In this document: positions 38,105-47,714 of the stretch, piece by piece | How positions within the stretch are numbered: the first letter of the stretch is position 1 | Layout: every line of letters starts with the position of its first letter | Source: an uncultured Flavobacteriaceae bacterium | GTDB lineage: Bacteria > Bacteroidota > Bacteroidia > Flavobacteriales > Flavobacteriaceae | Direction of reading: 5' to 3' | NCBI GenBank assembly: GCA_964593255.1 | Contig: CAZQGX010000011.1 | Coordinates: forward strand, 99 to 64,098 | DNA: 64,000 bases | Translations under genes and position numbers: made by a program | The notes under the pieces: generated by a model | Seen by the model: the letters and a program-made list of their open reading frames with translations, nothing else | What the model was told of the DNA's origin: nothing | Databases searched by the model: none

Positions 38105-38259
38105 GAATATCTAAATTGATCCCTTTGCAAGATGGATTTATAACGCTAAAAATAGAAGTCAAACCAGCATTTGTTGCTGTATGCAAGCCAATTATTTACT
38201 TTTTTAACAAGTGAGAAAAGTAAGTTTGATTACTGCAATGACTTTGTAATACTTGCAAA

Positions 38260-39519
38260 TCAATTTGAAATATTACTAGAGTTTGCTTCTCCTATTCCTA
38301 TTAATTGATCATAACGACCACCTAATTCTCTATAATAGGCAAGAACAGAATATTGGTTTTCTGTTTGCCATTTGTTACCGCTTATAAAACCAGGGTCTTG
38401 GGTGCCATTGTCGTAAACCACGGTATAACGGTAATTGTAAAATCCTTGTTTTAATAAAATGACTGCCTCGTATTTTCCTGTTTTAGGATTGTAAATGGCT
38501 TCACTTTCATCTTGAGTTTGAAAAGCGTTGTAGTTGCCCATTACATAAATTCTCGCATCTGGTGGTATTTGAATCCCATTAGTATCTAGAGCAAAATGTA
38601 CGTTTACATATTCTGCTTGCACCGCATTATCTTCATTATCTAAAGTGGTTACAAGGTAATTACCATTAATATCTGGATTAAAAGTGTATTCAAAATTATT
38701 TCGTGCCACATCTACAAAAAGATAGGCATTATAAAGTTCTTCTTTACGCACAAAATTTATATTATTATTAGGTGATCTAAAATCTCTATTCTCAAAATTC
38801 AAAAACTCGTCACCACCCCAAAAAGAGGTTTCTTCATCATATCGATACACTTGTTTATTGCCCAAATTAAACTGTGGTTGTATATCTGTAATGGTGGTGT
38901 TTAAATCACTATTTTGTATTAATGTAACTTTAAGTTGGTCATTGGGATTTATAAAATTAATATTCCTTGAGTCTACAAAAAATTCAACTCGTTGCTGGGT
39001 GAGTACATAATTTAAATCACGGACCCGCTTGATCTCTACGCCTACAATTGCATTATTATCAAGAATCATAAATTTTCTAGAAAAAACCAGCTGCTGATTA
39101 GAATTATAAATATGAATCATATAGTTACCACTCACTTTAAAACCTTGGGTAAATTGATTAGGTAATCTTAAATCATAATGTGAGTAAGGTTGTATGGTGG
39201 TAAACGAGTTGCGATAGTTAAAAATGCGTATGTTATCTATGCCTTTTAGGAATTCATTTTTAAATAGTTTGCTAGGTGTCCAGTCATAGTCATAATGTTC
39301 AAATTGATAGTAATAATCTGCCTCGTCACCTATAACATCATCAAAACTTATTTCAAAAGGGTCGTTCATGTTAAAAATAGGTAACATGTTTTCAGGCGGT
39401 TTATTAAAGGTTACTGATTTTATATAATCAGGATCATTGACCAGTTCTTCTTCGGTTTGTGCGTTGCAGTATAAATAGACAGAAAAAACAGTAATAACAG
39501 ATAAAAAATACGACTTCAT
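38260..39519 (-). CDS. Bacteroidetes-specific secreted protein, possibly DUF5103 / T9SS plug-like
   Basis: Signal peptide and a Tyr/Asn-rich beta-type sequence of about 419 aa. Family assignment is from memory only. Confidence 0.35.
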   Translation of the reverse strand: MKSYFLSVITVFSVYLYCNAQTEEELVNDPDYIKSVTFNKPPENMLPIFNMNDPFEISFDDVIGDEADYYYQFEHYDYDWTPSKLFKNEFLKGIDNIRIFNYRNSFTTIQPYSHYDLRLPNQFTQGFKVSGNYMIHIYNSNQQLVFSRKFMILDNNAIVGVEIKRVRDLNYVLTQQRVEFFVDSRNINFINPNDQLKVTLIQNSDLNTTITDIQPQFNLGNKQVYRYDEETSFWGGDEFLNFENRDFRSPNNNINFVRKEELYNAYLFVDVARNNFEYTFNPDINGNYLVTTLDNEDNAVQAEYVNVHFALDTNGIQIPPDARIYVMGNYNAFQTQDESEAIYNPKTGKYEAVILLKQGFYNYRYTVVYDNGTQDPGFISGNKWQTENQYSVLAYYRELGGRYDQLIGIGEANSSNISN

Positions 39520-39712
39520 AAGTGTGGGAATAAATGAATAATAAAGATAAAGTTTTTAGACTACAAATCCATTAATAACGATCAATTTTGAATCATATTT
39601 TTGTAATTTTAATTAGTAAATATCGTGTTTTCAGTAAACGAGAACTTAATAAAACCTTTATTTGTAATGTTTCTAAATAAGGTTTTAATAAAAAAATCAA
39701 TTGTTTATACCG

Positions 39713-39720
39713 TAAATTTG
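39713..39720 (+). promoter_or_regulatory. -7 box TAAATTTG for the nqr operon
   Basis: TAnnTTTG motif, 34 nt upstream of the nqrA ATG. Confidence 0.45.
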
Positions 39721-39753
39721 CAAATTCTATAAAAAGACTTAAAATACCAACTT

Positions 39754-41097
39754 ATGTCAAAGGACATTAGAGTAAAAAAAGGGCTAGATCTTAAGCTCAA
39801 AGGAGAGGCAGATAAACAAATTGTTGACGCCATCCCGTCGGTGGTTTATGCTATAAAACCATCTGATTTTCATGCGGTCGTTCCTAAGCTGATTTTAAAA
39901 GAAGGCGCTCAGGTAAAAGCAGGTGAACCTATATTTTATTCCAAATATGATGACAAGGTGAAATTTGCTGCTCCAGTAAGTGGTGTAATAACAGAGGTTT
40001 TAAGAGGTGCCAAAAGACGTGTTCTCGAGATCAAAATAACAGCAGATGGAAAAAATGAAGCCATCAATCATGGTAAAGTAAATACAGCTGATGCATCTGC
40101 AGATGTTATTCGTAATACGATATTAGAAAGTGGTTGCTGGCCCTTTATCGTCCAGCGTCCTTATAGTATAGTTGCAAATTCTCAAGACACGCCAAAGTCT
40201 ATTTTTATCTCGGCATATGCCACTGCTCCTTTAGCTGGTGATCCCGAGGTGATCATTGCAGATAAAAAAGAAGCTTTTCAAGTTGGTGTTACTGCTTTAA
40301 GTAAGTTAACTAGCGGTAAAGTTCATCTTTGTGTAGGTAAAAACTCTACCTTAAACGACATTAAGGACGCAGAGATTCATAAGGTTACTGGTCCACACCC
40401 TGCTGGTAATGTAGGTGTTCAAATTCATAAGTTAGATCCTATAAATATGGGTGAAAGAGTTTGGACAGTAGGTGCTGAAGACGTTGCTACCATAGGAAAT
40501 TTATTTTTAACTGGTGAATTTAAACCAGAAAGAACTATTGCACTAGTAGGAACTGAAGTAAAAGAGTCTGATCGTAAGTATTACAAAACAATTATTGGTG
40601 CAAATGTAAATACTTTAGTTGGCAATGTTGATTTAAACAAGACTCGTATCATTTCTGGAGATGTTTTGACAGGTGATAAGTTAAGTAATGATCAGTTTTT
40701 AAATTTTTATCACAATACATTAACCCTTATTCCAGAGGGTAATGAATATGCGTTTTTGGGTTGGATTCCTTTTACTCGCAATCAAGTACCATCTAATGCA
40801 GGCACATCGCTGTCAAAATTGTTCGGTGGTAAGCGCACCGTAAATACCAATTTAAATGGTGAAGAGCGCGCACTAGTAGTAACCGGCGAAATGGAAGAAA
40901 TTTTCCCAATGGATATCTATCCTTTACAACTTATTAAGGCTTGCATGGCTGGAAATATTGAGGATATGGAAAACCTTGGGATTTATGAAGTAGCCCCAGA
41001 AGACTTTGCTTTAATAGATTATACAAATACATCTAAACTAGAAGCACAAGAAATTATTCGTTTAGGGCTAGATTTAATGATAACAGAAGTAGGATAA
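39754..41097 (+). CDS. nqrA: Na+-translocating NADH:quinone oxidoreductase subunit A
   Basis: 447 aa. The start ...KKGLDL.L.G.A matches NqrA. First gene of a six-gene nqr cluster. Confidence 0.9.
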   Translation: MSKDIRVKKGLDLKLKGEADKQIVDAIPSVVYAIKPSDFHAVVPKLILKEGAQVKAGEPIFYSKYDDKVKFAAPVSGVITEVLRGAKRRVLEIKITADGKNEAINHGKVNTADASADVIRNTILESGCWPFIVQRPYSIVANSQDTPKSIFISAYATAPLAGDPEVIIADKKEAFQVGVTALSKLTSGKVHLCVGKNSTLNDIKDAEIHKVTGPHPAGNVGVQIHKLDPINMGERVWTVGAEDVATIGNLFLTGEFKPERTIALVGTEVKESDRKYYKTIIGANVNTLVGNVDLNKTRIISGDVLTGDKLSNDQFLNFYHNTLTLIPEGNEYAFLGWIPFTRNQVPSNAGTSLSKLFGGKRTVNTNLNGEERALVVTGEMEEIFPMDIYPLQLIKACMAGNIEDMENLGIYEVAPEDFALIDYTNTSKLEAQEIIRLGLDLMITEVG

Positions 41098-41110
41098 ATT
41101 ATATTAAGAT

Positions 41111-42286
41111 ATGAAATGGTTAAGAAATAGACTAGACCAAGCTAGAAAGCCTTTTGGAACTGGTCAAAAATTTGAGAAGTTTGCGCCTGCAATAAATGCA
41201 TTTGACACTTTTTTATTTACACCTAATCACACCACTAAAAAAGGTGCTCACATAAGAGATGTTGTTGATTTAAAGCGTACCATGATTACTGTGGTGTTTG
41301 CTTTAATTCCAGCACTTCTTTTTGGTATGTGGAATACTGGAGCTCAATACTTATATCAAGAGAGAGGTCTTGCCAGTGTTACTGATGTTCCTTTTTGGGA
41401 TGCTTTTATTGAAGGAGGAATTTTAGTAATGCCTTTAATAATAGTAAGTTATGTGGTAGGTTTAACAATAGAGTTTATATTTGCCATCTATAGAGGTCAT
41501 GAGGTAAACGAGGGTTATCTGGTAACAGGTTTATTAATCCCAATGATTTTCCCTGTAGACATTCCGTTATGGATGCTTGCGATATCAGTTGCCTTTTCTG
41601 TATTGATTGCCAAAGAAGCTTTTGGAGGTACAGGTATGAATATCTTAAATCCTGCCCTTACGGCTAGAGCATTTGCATTTTTTGCTTATCCTTTATATAT
41701 GTCTGGAAATGCGATATGGGTGCATCAAGGTGCTACAGACAGTATTTCAGGCGAGACTATTTTAGGAACACTTGCACAAGGGAAATCTGTTGCATACGGT
41801 TTTTATGAAGCAGCAATAGGGTTTATACCAGGCTCAGTTTCTGAAACATCAACAGTAGCTGTATTAATCGGTGCAGCAATATTAATCCTTACTAAAGTAG
41901 GAAGCTGGAGAATCATACTTAGTGGTTTTGCAGGTGCGGCGGTAATGGGACTTATATTTAATGCTTTTGGACTTAATGCTTTAATGCAATTTGATTGGTA
42001 CATGCACCTAGTTGTAGGTGGTTTGGCTTTCGGGTTGGTATTTATGGCGACCGACCCAGTGAGTGCAGCGCAAACCTTAAAAGGAAAGTGGATTTACGGA
42101 TTCCTTTGTGGATTTTTTGGTGTTATGATACGGGTATTTAATCCAGCATATCCAGAAGGAATCATGCTTGCCATTCTATTAATGAATGTATTTGCTCCAA
42201 CCATAGACCATTATGTAGTACAAGCAAATGTTTCAAAACGTAAAAAACGCCTTGCCAAGGCAAAAGTTAATCTTCAAACAGCATAA
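41111..42286 (+). CDS. nqrB: Na+-NQR subunit B
   Basis: Polytopic membrane protein with an FMN-attachment region (DSISGETILG) and MATDPVS. Confidence 0.9.
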   Translation: MKWLRNRLDQARKPFGTGQKFEKFAPAINAFDTFLFTPNHTTKKGAHIRDVVDLKRTMITVVFALIPALLFGMWNTGAQYLYQERGLASVTDVPFWDAFIEGGILVMPLIIVSYVVGLTIEFIFAIYRGHEVNEGYLVTGLLIPMIFPVDIPLWMLAISVAFSVLIAKEAFGGTGMNILNPALTARAFAFFAYPLYMSGNAIWVHQGATDSISGETILGTLAQGKSVAYGFYEAAIGFIPGSVSETSTVAVLIGAAILILTKVGSWRIILSGFAGAAVMGLIFNAFGLNALMQFDWYMHLVVGGLAFGLVFMATDPVSAAQTLKGKWIYGFLCGFFGVMIRVFNPAYPEGIMLAILLMNVFAPTIDHYVVQANVSKRKKRLAKAKVNLQTA

Positions 42287-42288
42287 TA

Positions 42289-43014
42289 ATGAATAGAAAT
42301 TCTAACGCATACACCTTTCTTTTTGCTATAATTCTTGTAGGTGTTGTAGCAAGTGCATTAGCATTCACTGCAACGCAACTGCAACCAGAGCAGGCAGAAA
42401 ATGTGAGAAGAGAAAAAATGCAAAATATTCTTGGTACGGTAGGTATCGAGGTAGCAAGAGATGAGGCTGCGATACCATTTGAAAAATATATTGTTGAACG
42501 CATTGCTCTTGACTATAATGGAAATGAAAAAACTGAAGTAAACGCTTTTGATATTGACCTTGTAAAAGAATTAAAAAAACCTGCTGCCGAACAATCGTTC
42601 CCACTGTATGTAGCAAATGTAGAAGGTAGTAAATATTATATCGTTCCGTTAAGAGGTAAAGGTTTATGGGATGCTATATGGGGTTATATCGCTCTAGAAG
42701 AGGATGTTAATACCATTAAGGGCGCTATTTTTGATCATAAGGCAGAAACCCCTGGTCTAGGTGCCGAAATCACACAATCTTGGTTTAAGGAAAGATTTGA
42801 TAAAGAAAAAATATTTGATGTATCTGGAGAATTTGTAGGTGTCTCTGTTTCTAAGGGTTATCAAGGCGGTGATAATAAAGATGATAATGCCGTAGATGCT
42901 ATTTCGGGCGCTACTATTACTGGTGACGGTGTGAGTGATATGATTGTAGAACGTCTTGAAAAATATTTACCTTATTTTAAGAAAAATCAAAACATTAAAG
43001 TTGCTTCTAATTAA
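42289..43014 (+). CDS. nqrC: Na+-NQR subunit C
   Basis: Single N-terminal TM segment and FMN motif DAISGATITG. Confidence 0.9.
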   Translation: MNRNSNAYTFLFAIILVGVVASALAFTATQLQPEQAENVRREKMQNILGTVGIEVARDEAAIPFEKYIVERIALDYNGNEKTEVNAFDIDLVKELKKPAAEQSFPLYVANVEGSKYYIVPLRGKGLWDAIWGYIALEEDVNTIKGAIFDHKAETPGLGAEITQSWFKERFDKEKIFDVSGEFVGVSVSKGYQGGDNKDDNAVDAISGATITGDGVSDMIVERLEKYLPYFKKNQNIKVASN

Positions 43015-43027
43015 ATTTTAAATATTC

Positions 43028-43043
43028 CGCTTTCGCGAAAGCG
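43028..43043. repeat. Palindromic element, exact, between nqrC and nqrD
   Basis: Exact 16-mer in the 46-nt nqrC-nqrD spacer. Confidence 0.95.
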
Positions 43044-43060
43044 AGATAAAACTAAAGGCT

Positions 43061-43762
43061 ATGGCTAAAAATAATAAATTAAGTAAAAAAGAAGATCTAA
43101 TTCTTTTCCTATCTGATACCGATGAAAGAGAAGGGCTTTTAGGTAAGAAGAATAGAAAACTTCTTTCTGACCCGCTTACTGATAATAATCCAATTACTGT
43201 ACAAGTTTTAGGTATTTGTAGCGCACTTGCAATTACTGTACAACTAGAACCTGCTATTGTAATGTCCCTTGCTGTAATGGCGGTTATGGCATTTAGTAAC
43301 ATGATTATTTCGTTATTGCGTAATTTGATACCATCACGTATTAGAATTATTGTGCAACTAGTTGTTGTAGCTTCTTTGGTTATTTTGGTTGATCAGGTGT
43401 TAAAGGCTTATGCTTATGACGTTTCAAAACAACTTTCCGTTTTTGTTGGATTAATTATCACAAACTGTATTGTAATGGGTCGATTAGAAGCTTTTGCTTT
43501 AGGTAACGGTGTTTATAAATCTTTTCTTGATGGTATAGGTAATGCCGCTGGTTATGCATTCATATTAGTCATTGTTGCATTTTTTAGGGAACTTTTGGGT
43601 GCTGGTAAATTATTAGGTATCGAGGTGATCCCACAATCATTTTATGAAGCTGGTTATTCAAATAATGGATTGATGCTTCTTTCTCCTATGGCATTGATAA
43701 CAGTAGGTATTATTATCTGGGTACAACGCAGCCGCAACAGGGTTTTAATAGAAAAAAATTAA
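43061..43762 (+). CDS. nqrD: Na+-NQR subunit D
   Basis: [36 protein letters not shown]. Confidence 0.9.
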   Translation: MAKNNKLSKKEDLILFLSDTDEREGLLGKKNRKLLSDPLTDNNPITVQVLGICSALAITVQLEPAIVMSLAVMAVMAFSNMIISLLRNLIPSRIRIIVQLVVVASLVILVDQVLKAYAYDVSKQLSVFVGLIITNCIVMGRLEAFALGNGVYKSFLDGIGNAAGYAFILVIVAFFRELLGAGKLLGIEVIPQSFYEAGYSNNGLMLLSPMALITVGIIIWVQRSRNRVLIEKN

Positions 43763-43780
43763 TACTATAAAATTTTAAAG

Positions 43781-44395
43781 ATGGATTTAATTAATCTTTT
43801 TGTAAAGAGTGTTTTTATAGAGAACATGGTTTTTGCTTATTTCTTAGGAATGTGCTCTTACCTTGCTGTTTCAAAATCTGTAAAAACCGCTGTCGGTCTA
43901 GGTGCTGCAGTAATTTTTGTACTAGGTATAACTGTGCCAATCAACTGGTTGCTGGATACTTATCTTTTAAAGCCTGGCGCATTGGTATGGCTAGATGCTG
44001 AATATGCTAATATTGATCTGTCATTTTTAAGTTTTATCATGTTTATAGCAGTTATAGCAAGTATGGTACAACTTGTAGAAATGATTGTAGAACGTTTTGC
44101 ACCTGCTTTATACGGGGCACTAGGTATATTCTTACCATTAATAGCTGTAAACTGTGCAATTCTAGGTGGTTCATTGTTTATGCAACAGAAAGGCTTTGTT
44201 AATATAGGTGAATCTGCGGTCTATGGGATAGGTAGTGGGGTAGGCTTCTTTCTAGCAATTCTTGCGATATCTGCCATACGTGAAAAAATCACTTATTCAA
44301 ATGTTCCTGCACCATTACGTGGCCTAGGGATTACATTTATAATTACGGGACTTATGGCTTTAGGCTTTATGAGTTTTATGGGAATAGAAATTTAA
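43781..44395 (+). CDS. nqrE: Na+-NQR subunit E
   Basis: [24 protein letters not shown]. Confidence 0.9.
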   Translation: MDLINLFVKSVFIENMVFAYFLGMCSYLAVSKSVKTAVGLGAAVIFVLGITVPINWLLDTYLLKPGALVWLDAEYANIDLSFLSFIMFIAVIASMVQLVEMIVERFAPALYGALGIFLPLIAVNCAILGGSLFMQQKGFVNIGESAVYGIGSGVGFFLAILAISAIREKITYSNVPAPLRGLGITFIITGLMALGFMSFMGIEI

Positions 44396-44411
44396 AAAAG
44401 AAAACATAGAT

Positions 44412-45710
44412 ATGGAGTCTAATTTATTTACAATTTTAGCTAGTATAGCCATTTTTTTAGTACTTACTTTACTACTTGTTTCACTACTTTTAGGGGCAAA
44501 ATCTAAGTTATTACCCTCTGGTCCAGTAACCATTAGTGTAAACGGTGAAAAGGATATTACAACAGGGTCTGGATCGACTCTTTTATCAACACTGGGCGAT
44601 AACAAGCTGTTTTTACCATCTGCCTGTGGTGGTGGTGGAACATGTATACAATGTAAATGTATCGTGAGTCAAGGCGGTGGATCTATCTTACCGACAGAAG
44701 AACCACACTTTACAAGAAAAGAAATTGCAGCTGGCTGGAGACTGGGTTGTCAGGTAAAGGTAAAGCAAGATATGGTAATTGAAATACCTGAAGAGGTTTT
44801 TGGTATCAAAAAGTGGGAGGCAGAGGTAGTGCGTAACTATAATGTAGCTTCCTTCATTAAAGAGTTTGTAGTAAGGTTACCAGAAGACATGCATTATGAA
44901 GCTGGTGGATATATTCAAATTGAAATACCTAAATGTGAGGTGCGATTTGAAGATATGGATATCACTGCGCATCCAGAAGAGCATGATTCTCCCGATAAAT
45001 TTAAGGCAGAGTGGGACAAGTTTAAGTTATGGCCGCTGGTTATGAAGAATACTGAAGTTGTTGAAAGAGCCTATTCTATGGCCTCTTTCCCAGCTGAGGG
45101 CAGAGAAATCATGTTAAATGTGCGTATTGCAACTCCACCTTTTGATCGCGCCAAAGGCGGCTGGATGGATGTGAACCCTGGTATTGCTAGTTCTTATATT
45201 TTTAATCAAAAAAAGGGTGATAAAGTAATAGTTTCTGGTCCTTATGGAGAGTTCTTTATCAATCACTCTGAGGCTGAAATGCTTTATGTAGGTGGCGGTG
45301 CTGGTATGGCGCCGATGCGATCGCATTTATACGAGCTTTTTAGAACACTTAAAACGAATCGTAAAGTGACGTTTTGGTATGGAGGTAGATCAAAAGCAGA
45401 ATTGTTTTATATAGAACACTTCCGTGCTTTGGAACGTGATTTTCCTAATTTCAAATTTTACCTTGCTCTTTCAGAGCCATTAGAATCGGACAACTGGAAA
45501 GTAAAACAAAATCTCGATGCCGAAGGTGATGGTTTTGTAGGGTTTATTCACCAAGTGGTTATTGATCAGTATTTAAGTCATCATGAATCTCCAGAAGATC
45601 TGGAAGTTTATTTTTGTGGTCCACCATTGATGAATAATGCCGTAAGTAAAATGGCTGAAGATTTTGGTGTAGATCCTGAAAATATACGTTTTGATGATTT
45701 TGGTGGGTAA
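44412..45710 (+). CDS. nqrF: Na+-NQR subunit F
   Basis: N-terminal TM segment, 2Fe-2S CGGGGTC.QC.C, FAD RAYSMAS, NAD GGGAGMAPM. Confidence 0.9.
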   Translation: MESNLFTILASIAIFLVLTLLLVSLLLGAKSKLLPSGPVTISVNGEKDITTGSGSTLLSTLGDNKLFLPSACGGGGTCIQCKCIVSQGGGSILPTEEPHFTRKEIAAGWRLGCQVKVKQDMVIEIPEEVFGIKKWEAEVVRNYNVASFIKEFVVRLPEDMHYEAGGYIQIEIPKCEVRFEDMDITAHPEEHDSPDKFKAEWDKFKLWPLVMKNTEVVERAYSMASFPAEGREIMLNVRIATPPFDRAKGGWMDVNPGIASSYIFNQKKGDKVIVSGPYGEFFINHSEAEMLYVGGGAGMAPMRSHLYELFRTLKTNRKVTFWYGGRSKAELFYIEHFRALERDFPNFKFYLALSEPLESDNWKVKQNLDAEGDGFVGFIHQVVIDQYLSHHESPEDLEVYFCGPPLMNNAVSKMAEDFGVDPENIRFDDFGG

Positions 45711-45800
45711 TTGAAAAACCCCTCTTATTCATATTTTTACAAAGCCTTTTCATTTTGATTGGGCTTTTATTTTTATTATCACTTAAGCGATTCTTAATAA

Positions 45801-46847
45801 TTGAAAACAAAAGTAGATATCATCATTGTTGGTTCGGGAATAGCTGGTTGTTCACTAGCATGGCAATGGATTTTGAAAGGCAAAACTGTTATGATGATTT
45901 CACATGGCAATAATGCTTCATCTTCTGTTGCTGCGGGTGTTTACAATCCGCTTGTTTTAAAAAGATTTACCAGTGTTTGGAAAGCTAGCGAGCAACTTAA
46001 AGTTTTAAACGATACTTATACCAAGATAGAACCTCTTATTAAGACTAAGGTATTACACCCCTTAGAAATTTTAAGAAGATTGCACGATCCCAGAGAGGTA
46101 AAATCATGGATCAAAAAATCTATAAGAGCCGATTTAAAAGAGTATATGAATAAGAATATCATTAAGTATGAAAATGATGCTATTGATGCCCCTTTTGATT
46201 ATGGCAGGGTATCAGGTTCTGGGTGGTTGGACACTGTTCTTTTTATGAAGGAAACCATTCAATATTTAAAAAACATGAATTCTTTTCACGAGGAATCTTT
46301 TCATTATAACGAGTTGCACCACCTGCACAACAGTGTAAGTTATAAAGAGTTTCAGGCAGAGAAAATTATTTTTGCCGAGGGCTATAACATGATTAACAAC
46401 CCATTTTTTAATGACCTGCCGCTACAAGGTAATAAAGGCGAGGTCATGACCATAAAAGTACCAGGTCTTCAATTGGACTACATTATTAAGTCTTCAGTAT
46501 TCTTAATGCCATATACAGCTGATTTATTTTGGGTAGGTGCCACTTATAATACAGAAGACCTATCCAGCAAATCTACCGACGCTGGGAAAGAATTTCTCAC
46601 ATCGCGATTAGAACGTTTTTTAAATTTACCTTATACGGTTATAGATTATAAATACGGCATAAGACCCACAACAATGGATAGACGACCTTTTGTGGGCGCA
46701 CATAATACATATAAGCATTATTATATTTTTAACGGTATGGGAAGTCGTGCAGTACTTCTGGCTCCTTGGGCAGCCTTGCAATTATATCATAACATATATG
46801 ATAACGAGGCAATAGACCTAGAAATGGATATCAATAGGTTTTTGTAG
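45801..46847 (+). CDS. FAD-dependent oxidoreductase (DAO family)
   Basis: VDIIIVGSGIAGCS dinucleotide-binding fold. TTG start. Confidence 0.7.
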   Translation: MKTKVDIIIVGSGIAGCSLAWQWILKGKTVMMISHGNNASSSVAAGVYNPLVLKRFTSVWKASEQLKVLNDTYTKIEPLIKTKVLHPLEILRRLHDPREVKSWIKKSIRADLKEYMNKNIIKYENDAIDAPFDYGRVSGSGWLDTVLFMKETIQYLKNMNSFHEESFHYNELHHLHNSVSYKEFQAEKIIFAEGYNMINNPFFNDLPLQGNKGEVMTIKVPGLQLDYIIKSSVFLMPYTADLFWVGATYNTEDLSSKSTDAGKEFLTSRLERFLNLPYTVIDYKYGIRPTTMDRRPFVGAHNTYKHYYIFNGMGSRAVLLAPWAALQLYHNIYDNEAIDLEMDINRFL

Positions 46848-46900
46848 ATCGTCTTTATAATTACAGTTCATACTAGATGCTTTAAATTTTTAAAGTATCT

Positions 46901-47566
46901 ATGAATAGAATTTTTATTCTTTGCCTAGCCATTACGTAAAATGACTACGATAAAAACGATAATATATCTCTAACCCCTTTATCCAGATTGCCACGAGCAA
47001 CAATGACAGGCGCAAACACCTTGGGCGCACTGCTAGATGGCTAGTCATTGATACCTAATGGTGGGATTAATCCTTTAGATCGTGAATCTCAAATAAGCAA
47101 TTGGTAGCGATTTTTTTAATCTTCTAGGAAATCTTTCTTAGTTTCAAGAAAACTTTCGCACCTCAGCTCGCGTAAAATTGTGTTACTTGATTAGCTAAAA
47201 TGAATGAATTTTAATAAAGCATAACTAATGGATTGTCATTAATGTAATTTACATTAGTTAGAAGTAAAGAGATAAGAGTTTTAACCTAATACGTCTCTCT
47301 CTTGTAAAAGATGCAGGAGAATTATCTTCAAACGTTACATTTTTATTAATGTCAACTAATACTGGATATATGTACTTCATTTTTTAATAAATACTGAACT
47401 AACATTTACAAAAGGCTCTAGCTATTCTAGAGAGTTAACTATCAATCGTTTAGATTTAAACGCTCAAATCGTTTTTGAAACTTTTTTTCGATGTAATCGT
47501 TGGTAATGTATACTTAAGACAAATCAGATACGGGAGAAATGATATGCGATTTATCCAGTAATAAGT
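46901..47566 (+). pseudogene. Decayed lipoprotein gene
   Basis: One frame reads MNRIFILCLAIT*NDYDKNDNISLTPLSRLPRATMTGANTLGALLDG*SLIPNGGINPL.... Later fragments read ...LTINRLDLNAQIVFETFF...*. There are multiple in-frame stops and no ORF of 60 aa or more in the track. Confidence 0.45.
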
Positions 47567-47714
47567 AATAAACAATCCTAGCTTGCATGGATTCCACTCG
47601 CCTAGCACAGCTGGACTTTAATTGATAAAAGAATACCAAGGCTAATAATTTTATGTAAGACCCGAATTAAGCAGTGTTAAACTATCAGGCTTTACAAACA
47701 CTTCACCTATATAA

